Source: Candidatus Poribacteria bacterium
GTDB taxonomy: Bacteria > Poribacteria > WGA-4E > PCPOR2b
Reading direction: 5' to 3'
DNA length: 64,000 bases
Assembly (NCBI GenBank): GCA_965208325.1
Contig: OZ242326.1
Span: 1,664,001 to 1,728,000, forward strand
The notes beneath the pieces were generated by a model, which saw only the letters and a list, made by a program, of their open reading frames with translations, did not search any database and was not told where the DNA came from. Below are positions 55,746-64,000 of this stretch, piece after piece. Each line of letters opens with the position of its first letter. The stretch's first letter is position 1. Position numbers and translations under genes: made by a program.

Positions 55746-58157
55746 ATGACACAAAATCAGACAGATGGTTCCCAAAGCGCTATCAATTCCGGGAATCGGT
55801 TGTTTCCGCCCCACCTGCTACACGCCAGGTGGCACGAGTTTCAAGCTGAAGGGTATACCGAACCTGTGACCGGCGTAATTTATCGGGGCAATCCCCGTCC
55901 GACGTGCGGCATGCCGCTGGGCGGTCTCGATACCGGTTGTATTGACATCGAACCCAACGGTATGCTGGGTTACAGTACAATTTTTAATCATTTGGTCAAT
56001 CCCCGCCTGTTGCTAAACCTCCCCTTTTTGGGGTTACATTGCGACGAAAAAACCTGGGTGCTGGTTTCGGATACACTGGGTAAGGACTATACACCGAAGG
56101 ACAGCGAGTACGTAGCAACCTTCCCGCCAATCGACTACACTCCCCGATTCACCGATATTGAACTGGACGGAGTGGAAACCGCTGATTCCATCGACTATTG
56201 GGGGCATTACCCGATTGTTGACATGGAATTCAACACGAGCGCCGCCGTGGAAGTTGGACTGCGTGCATGGTCGCCTTTCATCCCCGGCGACACAGCCATT
56301 TCCATGGCGCCCGGCGCAGTATTTGAACTCACGGTGCGGAACCCTGGAAACGCGGGAAAAAATGGCACGCTCGCCTTCAGTTTCCCCGGTTTTGAACTAT
56401 CCGACGAAGAGAACTCTGAAGACTCAGTCCGCCGCGAAGCGCTGCAGGGTCAGTTGAACGGCTTGCATGTTGACAGCGGTGTAAAGGACGATGCCTGGGA
56501 AATGGCGTATGTCTTAGCGGCAATTGATGATGCCGTTCGCTGCGGCGGACCGCTGAATACAGACGGCGCCGCATGGGCTGGAATTGCCGACCAGCTTCCC
56601 GATGCCGGAGCGGGTGAAACCGGCGCGTCTCTGGCGTTCGATTTTAATCTCGATGCAGGCGAATCCAAAACCTACCGCTTCGTCCTTGCGTGGCACGCGC
56701 CGCACTGGAGAGCAGGAGGAGCGCCGTCGCATACGAATTCGAACCTGCTCACGCACATGTATGCCAAACACCACCCGGACGCAAAATCCACAGCAAATCT
56801 GTTAGCAAGCGACCCTGACTCGCTGCTAAAAAGAGTTATCTCTTGGCAGGAAGTCGTCTACCAAGACCCTACGATTCCGGGCTGGCTTGCAGATTCGTTA
56901 ATCAACAACCTTTACTTGATTCCCGAATGCAGCATCTGGGGTCAAGCCAAGGCGCCGATTGGCGACTGGTGCGATCCCGACGACGGCGTCTTCGGATTAA
57001 ACGAATGTCCACGAGGCTGTCCGCAAATTGAGTGCCTTCCGTGTAGTTTTTACGGGAATATACCGTTGGTCTACTTCTTCCCCGAAGCCGCCTTATCGAC
57101 CTTACGCGGGCAGAAGGCATACCAATACGAGGACGGACGGCCGCCCTGGATATTTGGCGGTGTCACCGCCATTGAGGAAGGAAACCGGCCGCCTTACGAA
57201 CTAAGTAAACCCGATGTCGGCTACCAGACCGTACTGAACGGCGCGTGCTACATTATTATGGCGGACCGGATATGGCGCGCCTCCGGAGATGATGGTATGC
57301 TGGAGGAATTCTGGGATTCCCTTAAGCGTTGCAACGATTTCTCAATGAATTTGCGGCCAGCCTACGGACTGTCGCAGGTCATTTCAATGCCAACCCCCGG
57401 TACCGACTCACACGGCCTAGGCGACACGGAATGGTTTGAAGCGCCCGAACCCGGCTGGAAAGGGTATGTGACGCATGCCGGGGCAGTACGGCTTGCCCAA
57501 GTGCAAATCATGTACCGTATGGCGGAGGCAATGAACGATCATGAATATCTCAAGAAGTGCGGCGATTGGATTGAAGCTGGGGAAGCGGCGCTAGAAGAGC
57601 ACCTCTGGGCAGGCGAGTATTATCTGAACTTCAATGAGCCGGAAACCGGCCAGAAGTCCGATTTAATCTTCGGCTATCAGCTTGACGGCCAGTGGATTAC
57701 CGACTGGCACGGGGTACCCGGTGCGTTTCCCAAGGATCGGGTGGATCAAACGCTTGAGACGCTCCGGAAATATAACTGTGCGCTCAGCCAGTCAGGCGCT
57801 CTCAACTACGCGAGTGCAGATGGGCAGCTTGCCAATGTAGGCGGTTACGGGACCTATAGCTATTTCCCACCGGAATTATACATGCTTGCCATGACCTACA
57901 TGTACGGCGGGCAGCAAGATTTTGGTCTTGAACTGCTTCACAAATGTATGAACAACATCATCTGTCGGTGGGGTTATACTTGGGATATGCCGAACACGGT
58001 ACGCGGCGATGCCGACACCGGGCAAATGGCGTTTGGCGCCGATTACTATCAAAATATGATGCTCTGGGGTGCGCCGGCGGCGATTGCAGGGTCAGATCTC
58101 ACGGGACCGTGCCAACCCGGCGGGCTCGTGGACCGCGTCATCCAAGCCGGCAAGTAA
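55746..58157 (+). CDS. Glycoside hydrolase family 116 (GBA2-like)
   Basis: GMPLGG..TG.I, GHYP, AWSPFIPGD, F.LNE, LW.GEYY, QLDGQW. Confidence 0.8.
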   Translation: MTQNQTDGSQSAINSGNRLFPPHLLHARWHEFQAEGYTEPVTGVIYRGNPRPTCGMPLGGLDTGCIDIEPNGMLGYSTIFNHLVNPRLLLNLPFLGLHCDEKTWVLVSDTLGKDYTPKDSEYVATFPPIDYTPRFTDIELDGVETADSIDYWGHYPIVDMEFNTSAAVEVGLRAWSPFIPGDTAISMAPGAVFELTVRNPGNAGKNGTLAFSFPGFELSDEENSEDSVRREALQGQLNGLHVDSGVKDDAWEMAYVLAAIDDAVRCGGPLNTDGAAWAGIADQLPDAGAGETGASLAFDFNLDAGESKTYRFVLAWHAPHWRAGGAPSHTNSNLLTHMYAKHHPDAKSTANLLASDPDSLLKRVISWQEVVYQDPTIPGWLADSLINNLYLIPECSIWGQAKAPIGDWCDPDDGVFGLNECPRGCPQIECLPCSFYGNIPLVYFFPEAALSTLRGQKAYQYEDGRPPWIFGGVTAIEEGNRPPYELSKPDVGYQTVLNGACYIIMADRIWRASGDDGMLEEFWDSLKRCNDFSMNLRPAYGLSQVISMPTPGTDSHGLGDTEWFEAPEPGWKGYVTHAGAVRLAQVQIMYRMAEAMNDHEYLKKCGDWIEAGEAALEEHLWAGEYYLNFNEPETGQKSDLIFGYQLDGQWITDWHGVPGAFPKDRVDQTLETLRKYNCALSQSGALNYASADGQLANVGGYGTYSYFPPELYMLAMTYMYGGQQDFGLELLHKCMNNIICRWGYTWDMPNTVRGDADTGQMAFGADYYQNMMLWGAPAAIAGSDLTGPCQPGGLVDRVIQAGK

Positions 58158-58256
58158 TGCCTGAGACGGGCGAGAATTTCTACATCGATACTTGACTGTG
58201 AACGATGTTCCATAAGATCAGGCGCCCTAACCCTTCACTGTTACACATGAAAACGA

Positions 58257-58289
58257 AAAACCCTCGACGTTACTCATGTCGAGGGTTTT
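58257..58289. terminator. Bidirectional intrinsic terminator
   Basis: AAAACCCTCGAC-N9-GTCGAGGGTTTT between convergent genes. Confidence 0.75.
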
Positions 58290-58356
58290 CATGTTCAAGG
58301 CCTGTTACGACATCCGTATTAAACGTTTGCCGTTATTAGATTGTACCGTTATCGCA

Positions 58357-58584
58357 CTAAGTTATGTTTTTGCGATAGTCTTTCTCGGTCTGGTTCAATT
58401 TCCATAATTTCTTTTGATATTTTTCGATCTCCTGCTCAATCTGCTCAATGTGTTCACGGACTCCTAATGAATAAAATTCAAAATCCTCTGGCCGGGGATG
58501 CTGCCCCCGCAATTCTAAGTATACCTGACGGAATTCCTTTAATCTTTGCTGCGATATTTTAAGTTGGTGTTCATTTTCAATCAT
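58357..58584 (-). CDS. Small helical-hairpin protein (MIxNExQ family, like the N-terminus of HTH antitoxins)
   Basis: MIENEHQL......F...HIEQIEQEIEKY, with no HTH following. Confidence 0.55.
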   Translation of the reverse strand: MIENEHQLKISQQRLKEFRQVYLELRGQHPRPEDFEFYSLGVREHIEQIEQEIEKYQKKLWKLNQTEKDYRKNIT

Positions 58585-58927
58585 AAAATCCGTTACAAGT
58601 CCTCGTAGGTTGGGTTTAGCGTTCCTGCTTAATTCTACCATCAGAAACTTAGATCGTACCACCGCTTTGCATCAAAAATATCATAACGATACGCGGTTGT
58701 CAATGAATGTTACATAATTTTTGATTTTGGAATAAGACGATTCAACTGCGAGTTCATCATAAACTTTGTGCATGTGTATTCGGTATGATTAGGGAGACAT
58801 GTCATACTAAGCTAGTCCCTTGTATTTCGCTGTTACGGTACAATACCGTGAAGTCGTCTGCTGTGATTGTGAGTCTAGGTATCGCCTTTCGGTTGAGATT
58901 ATCTGACATAAAGATTCAGAACGCAAA

Positions 58928-59836
58928 ATGAATCAGTCAAGCGTCGAAAAACTAAACACACACAATCGAGACGCAGCGCTGTCCTTGATAAACGACGCGT
59001 ACGCCACTGTGCGCGGATTTCAGCCGCTCACGATGGCTGATTTGATTTCGCTAGCACAGTCGGGATTCGTAGCGCTTGGTTTAATGAATGGTAAGCCGGT
59101 CAGTTTCGCATGCGGCGTTATGGCGGCGGATGGTGCGGGAAAAATCTGTCGGGCGGGCGTCTCCGAAAAATACCGAGGGGAATGCCGCAGCCTTCCGCCG
59201 ATGCGGGCATGTATCAACTTCCTAAAAAATAGAGGCGCAAAGCGGATCGGTGTGGAGAACTGGCTGGATGCGCCTTACCGACAGATGTTGAGCTATTTTG
59301 AACAAGAGGGGATCATAGTTGAACATGTGCATGCTACCCTTCGGCTTGACATGGGGGACTATACGCCGCAGCCGCCGCTGATTAAAGCAGGCTATTACTT
59401 GCGAACCTTTCGAGACGGCGATGCGCAAACTTGGGCGGATATCCGAAATGCGGCGTTTGGCGATTCTTCGAAAGCGAACGAGTTTTGGTCCCAAACCTTT
59501 TTGGGTGTCAACAAGAATACAGACTTTGACCCACAGGGGTTCTTCTTCGCTGAATCGGGAGGAAAACCTGTCGGCATGAGTGCAGGCATCGTGCTGCATA
59601 ATCGAAAACAGATTGGCGGAACGCTCCCCGGCGGGATTGGTTGGACAAGCGTCCATAAAGACCACAGGGGTATTGGACTAGGCCGGGCTTTGGTTGTTAG
59701 CTCCCTAAATTATCTGCACGACCGGGGTGTTGCCGTAACGGAAGTTGGCACCGAGTTTTATCGAACTGCAGCGGTGAATCTATACGAAAGTCTCGGTTTT
59801 CGCATTTACATTGCATGGTTTACTATTGTGTGTTAG
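58928..59836 (+). CDS. Tandem GNAT acetyltransferase (MshD-like architecture)
   Basis: GVSEKYRG and VHKDHRGIGLGRAL...AVNLYESLGF. Confidence 0.85.
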   Translation: MNQSSVEKLNTHNRDAALSLINDAYATVRGFQPLTMADLISLAQSGFVALGLMNGKPVSFACGVMAADGAGKICRAGVSEKYRGECRSLPPMRACINFLKNRGAKRIGVENWLDAPYRQMLSYFEQEGIIVEHVHATLRLDMGDYTPQPPLIKAGYYLRTFRDGDAQTWADIRNAAFGDSSKANEFWSQTFLGVNKNTDFDPQGFFFAESGGKPVGMSAGIVLHNRKQIGGTLPGGIGWTSVHKDHRGIGLGRALVVSSLNYLHDRGVAVTEVGTEFYRTAAVNLYESLGFRIYIAWFTIVC

Positions 59837-59925
59837 CGGGTGTAGTCCCTTCACAAGTCGGTCAGTCATCGTAGGTTGGATTGCGCAAAACCTCTCAAGC
59901 CAACCCACCTAAGCTAAGAGAACAA

Positions 59926-62900
59926 CTATTTCACGATGACCATCCGCTTCACCGAAGTAAAGTCGCCGGCCCGGAGTTGATAGAAATACAGTCCGCTCGC
60001 AACGCGCTCTCCGGTCTCGGATTTTCCGTCCCAAAACGCCGCACGTTCCCTATCAATGTAATAACCCGCCCTCTGATGTCCCAATTTCAATTGGCGAACA
60101 ATTGCGCCGTCGGAGTCATAAATTGAAATTTCCACCGATGCATCGGACGCCAATTGATAAGGGATCCACGTTTCCGGATTGAACGGATTCGGGTAGTTGG
60201 GCAAGAGTCTAGTTTCAGTAGCGGCACTTTTGCGCTGCGTTAACCATGCGAGCAGAAGATTACGCGCGGTAACTGCCGCCGGCGATGGATTGGTGAGCGC
60301 TCCCAATTCGGCGAGTGCGCCTTGAATCGCAGCAATCCCGTCTACTGCGAGCGGTCCCGGATGTGGAATTTGTGGAAGTGTAGAAAAGATACCCCGCACA
60401 TTGCTCGGCGCAGACGGCGCCGCTATGTTTTCGCCGAGCCGTTCGCTGATTCGAATTAGATCATCGACATCAACGGTTCCATCCCTGTTGACATCGGCTG
60501 CAGGGTTTTTGGGCGGCGTCTGCCCGAATTGCATACCGGCAATAACCAAGTCGGCGACATCAATGACACCGTCCGCATTGACATCTTCAGGATTGGCCGC
60601 ATCTTGAGGAACCGTTTGTGTCCGTTCTATGAAGTCGGCGTATGACATTGCGCATCGAAAACCGCCGAGATGAATGCGAAAATCCGGGGTGCTGACGTGG
60701 TTGTCACGATGGGCGCATCGGGTCACGTGTCTTTTATTCATCCAACATGCCCCGCGGAACGCGCGGTGTATCCCGAACGCTGGTCCCTGTGGGTTATTCC
60801 ACTCCGTTAGCGAAGAATAATAGGCATGATTATACCAATCTGAAACCGATTCCCAGACATTGCCGACCATATCCAGCGCTCCGTACGGACTTGCGCCGTC
60901 GGGGAAACTTCCGACAGGCGTGGTTGTCCGGGGCCCAAGTTCCAAGGAATTCAAGCGTGTGGGGTCCCATTCATTCCCCCAAGGGAATATCCGGGCGTCC
61001 GTGCCTCTTGAGGCTTTTTCCCATTCGGCTTCTGTCGGCAATCGTTTCCCCGCCCATTTTGTGTATGCGACTGCATCATTGTAGCTCACTTGGACCACCG
61101 GATGATTCATTTTGTCCCGAATGGTGCTTCCGTGCCCAAGCGGCGCCCTCCAGTTTGCGCCCTGGATTTGAGGCCAAACGTTGCCGCCCTCCCATACAAA
61201 TCCCCAGTTTTCCCTTTCAGCGTCGGTGATGTAACTGGTCGCATTCACAAATTTTTCAAACTGCGCGTTCGTCACCTCAAATTTGTCGATGTAAAAGGCG
61301 TCCAAATATACCGTATGCTGCGGCTGTTCATGCTTGAAAAGTTCTCGGAGTGCGGGATTACGCCGCGTAATTTCATCAAGTTGCGAATCACTCGTGCCCA
61401 TAATGAACTCGCCTTCGGGCACGAGCACCATGGTTGAATCGTCCTTTTGGTGGGTGATTTCAGTCAGGGGACCATCGTGGATAACGGTGTCAAGCGCGGG
61501 AAGATGCATAGATGCTCCCGTTCCGCTGTAGAACGGAATCTCTGCATTAACCGGACTGTTATTAAAATTTGCGACTATCCAACGATCAGATTCCTCGGTC
61601 ACCAATTTTACCGCCTTGACGAGACTATCGCTCGTAGCTAACCACTGAAGTTTGTCCACCATGCTTCGTGCCGCATCCCTGTCGCCGCTGATTAAGAGAT
61701 AACTGCCCTCTCGAACAATATCGCCTTGTTCGTATTCCCCCGCTCCCAATCGCGGATTCGATGCCAGGACGTAATCGATCCGTTCACTTATCTGTCCATT
61801 CCAAAGGTTTCTCTTTCCGGGTCGAATCCTAAATGCGCCATTGTTGCGCACGCTGATGATTCCTAGTTTGTCGTCGATGTTTATCCATGCTGAATCAATT
61901 GTGATATCCTCGCCCGGGCTGCTCCCAGCCGACAACCTTACCGTGTCGCCCGCAGAATATATTTGCCTCTGGTTATCGTTAAAGATGTCGTTCGGCAAAT
62001 GGTAAGTCAAACCGGCTTGCGCGGATACTGTAATTGCTTCGCGCGCCACGAGATATTCCATCATTATCGCGGTTCCGTCCTCGGGCAACGCCGTAAAACT
62101 TATGTAGTGGTCTAAACCGTCTGTATTGCCGCGCCTCCCCTCTCTTAAATGCCCTGTAGCGATGAAACCTCCTTCAATGAAGCGCTCATTATGATGTAGG
62201 AGTAAAGGGGGCGCGTCCGTATCTTTAATAAATACATTGCCGATGAAATTTCCTCTTGCCCATTCCACCATGTTGTCGTCTCCAGGCACAAATAAAGCCA
62301 TTGGATAGTGTCCTGACAGATGCTGCCAACTGAATGACACAAACAGGTTTTCTGTGCGTGTGTAGAGATACTGGCAAAATTCGCTGTGAAAACTGCCTTC
62401 CACCTTTTTCCGAAAAGTGTAAAAGTTTTCGGCGCTTATTGTGGGCGAGAATTGGTGGAGCAGATAGGCTAACCCCATATTCGCGTAGCCATCTGTTTCG
62501 TAGATAAGGGGCCATCCCTGGCGTTGATTTGCGAACCGTGCCCCGAAAATACTCCCGCCGCTGTTCTGTTGCTGCTCCCACGAGAGAGCGCGAAAGCGGA
62601 GTTGTTCGATGAGCCGTGCGTCGGAGTCGCCGAGTTCATTTTCCAACAGTACTAAGGCAGGAATGATAAAGTAAGGCCCGTAGACGTGCCGCCCCCAATC
62701 CTTGCCCTGAAAATAGGCAAAACGTCCGGAAAAAAGATGTGTGCGCTTTAGCGTATCCCAAACATCGGTGAGATGATGGAAAAGAGTTTGTGGCACTGGC
62801 TGTCCGTTGCTAACGAAAGCGTAGTATGCCCAAGCGAGCGAGTGCAGCGGAACCGCAATATAGTCAAACTGATAGGCGCCGTGTCCTTCCAGTGTGAAAT

Positions 62901-63747
62901 CCGGATGCGCGTTTGTTGTATTTACCCATTCATTAACCGGTTTTCCATCGACTACTGTGGTGTCGTTGGAATCCGCCTCAACCGAAAAGGTGTTCATGAA
63001 CAACTCTTGCGCTTTCGATAGCCACCTTTCTGCATTGGGGTGGTTTGGATACAGGCTGGCTGCCCAAGCGAGTACCTCGGCGTTCAAGGCGTTGAGTTCA
63101 GCTTGGGTGTCTTCGTATTCACGGGAAAACACCCGGTTTCCTAACTGAAAATCCGCTTCATGAACAACGACGCGCCGAATGGCATCAGTTTCCTCTTGGG
63201 TTAACTCATCCCAAATCAGGCGCGCCCCAGCCACAGCTTTAGAAATGACCCATGGCGACAACCACTGATGCGGCTGCGCCCCCCACTTTTCGCCGTCCGT
63301 ACAGACGATGCCGCCGGTGACGTGCGTCGCCGTAAAATATCGAAGCGCCGCCCGGACACGATTCAAAAGCGTCTCTCGACTGATTTGCGGTGCAGTACGA
63401 TTTCCTCCCGTTTCCGCAGCCAACAACCCGTATACGAAGATAAAATTAGCCAGTACGCGCATCTGATTGTGATCGTGCACGCCGTTGCTGAAATATCCGA
63501 GCTGGGAATCGCCCTGATAGCCGCTATGCCATTCTGATTCTGCGTAGGTCGGGAACCGTTCTAGAAATGCAATGTAATCCGCATGATTGGGAAAGTCTGC
63601 ACTTGGGTAAAAATGCTGAATCGGCGGGATAGCCCAAAGATTGAAGGGAAAGCCAAGTAGAGATGCTAGTAAAACAACTAAGATGGTAGGTAGTTTAGCA
63701 TGAGACGATTTACAGCAGGTGGTGCCGGTTCTCTTCAAAGATTGCAT
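59926..63747 (-). CDS. Large secreted protein: unknown N-terminal domain, FGE/SUMF1-like domain, dockerin-like repeats, FlgD-Ig/T9SS-like tail
   Basis: F.MG...EQPQH.V....F.ID.FEVTN, RLPTEAEWEKA, DM.GNVWE, GFRC, DVN.DG.ID..DL twice, LLPNYPNPFNPETWIPYQL. Start uncertain. Confidence 0.85.
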   Translation of the reverse strand: MQSLKRTGTTCCKSSHAKLPTILVVLLASLLGFPFNLWAIPPIQHFYPSADFPNHADYIAFLERFPTYAESEWHSGYQGDSQLGYFSNGVHDHNQMRVLANFIFVYGLLAAETGGNRTAPQISRETLLNRVRAALRYFTATHVTGGIVCTDGEKWGAQPHQWLSPWVISKAVAGARLIWDELTQEETDAIRRVVVHEADFQLGNRVFSREYEDTQAELNALNAEVLAWAASLYPNHPNAERWLSKAQELFMNTFSVEADSNDTTVVDGKPVNEWVNTTNAHPDFTLEGHGAYQFDYIAVPLHSLAWAYYAFVSNGQPVPQTLFHHLTDVWDTLKRTHLFSGRFAYFQGKDWGRHVYGPYFIIPALVLLENELGDSDARLIEQLRFRALSWEQQQNSGGSIFGARFANQRQGWPLIYETDGYANMGLAYLLHQFSPTISAENFYTFRKKVEGSFHSEFCQYLYTRTENLFVSFSWQHLSGHYPMALFVPGDDNMVEWARGNFIGNVFIKDTDAPPLLLHHNERFIEGGFIATGHLREGRRGNTDGLDHYISFTALPEDGTAIMMEYLVAREAITVSAQAGLTYHLPNDIFNDNQRQIYSAGDTVRLSAGSSPGEDITIDSAWINIDDKLGIISVRNNGAFRIRPGKRNLWNGQISERIDYVLASNPRLGAGEYEQGDIVREGSYLLISGDRDAARSMVDKLQWLATSDSLVKAVKLVTEESDRWIVANFNNSPVNAEIPFYSGTGASMHLPALDTVIHDGPLTEITHQKDDSTMVLVPEGEFIMGTSDSQLDEITRRNPALRELFKHEQPQHTVYLDAFYIDKFEVTNAQFEKFVNATSYITDAERENWGFVWEGGNVWPQIQGANWRAPLGHGSTIRDKMNHPVVQVSYNDAVAYTKWAGKRLPTEAEWEKASRGTDARIFPWGNEWDPTRLNSLELGPRTTTPVGSFPDGASPYGALDMVGNVWESVSDWYNHAYYSSLTEWNNPQGPAFGIHRAFRGACWMNKRHVTRCAHRDNHVSTPDFRIHLGGFRCAMSYADFIERTQTVPQDAANPEDVNADGVIDVADLVIAGMQFGQTPPKNPAADVNRDGTVDVDDLIRISERLGENIAAPSAPSNVRGIFSTLPQIPHPGPLAVDGIAAIQGALAELGALTNPSPAAVTARNLLLAWLTQRKSAATETRLLPNYPNPFNPETWIPYQLASDASVEISIYDSDGAIVRQLKLGHQRAGYYIDRERAAFWDGKSETGERVASGLYFYQLRAGDFTSVKRMVIVK

Positions 63748-64000
63748 CAAGTGCTCCAAAATTTTATGCGCTAATCGGCTTATTCTTGCATATATGCCCA
63801 ATAAAGTCAAGAATGGAATTCGGCTGTGTAGGTTTGCGCAGCGCAATCATGGACGATATTATTTAATGGTGATCGTGCACTCATAGGATTTGCCGCAATT
63901 CCCGATGCGCCAATCCCAACTTGCCAAGCTAAACGCCTTCATGCTATAATACTCCGCACATTTATCGCCAAGAAATTACAACCGGATTAGACCAAACTAA

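Noticed and set aside
59926..63747. DGR target (FGE/C-lectin fold)
   Set aside because: No RT and no template/variable repeat pair seen.

Overview
64 kb of bacterial chromosome, probably Candidatus Poribacteria (inferred from the LamG protein ending 'AVxPxxKxxxxWGxIK', the C-terminal 'LLxNYPNPFNPETWIPYQL' domains and the WD40/CotH/PQQ-propeller repertoire). It is mostly minus-strand housekeeping and envelope genes: a nucleotide-sugar dehydrogenase, gmhB, split hldE (rfaE1/rfaE2), coaD, a Bat (VWA/TPR/DUF58) operon with no moxR in the window, a 1973-aa repetitive surface protein, an acetoin/pyruvate-dehydrogenase-like E1a/E1b/E2 cluster, amtB, a GH116 and several secreted multidomain proteins. 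moeB carries an in-frame TGA at a conserved Cys followed by a hairpin, so it is a probable selenoprotein. About 34.3-46.5 kb is an accessory/defence island: an orphan ABC-ATPase-TOPRIM gene, a 67-aa GIY-YIG-like gene between 26-bp direct repeats that copy the 3' end of a type IIG R-M gene, an intact IIG-like R-M gene, orphan R-M 3' tails, a DUF2280-like gene and a predicted ~53-nt sRNA. Two intergenic repeat families recur. One is a GTAG-type REP whose long form has conserved ends around a divergent core of almost constant length (70-72 nt). No CRISPR array, tRNA, rRNA, reverse transcriptase or intact transposase was seen. All calls are by eye from motifs; no database searches were run.
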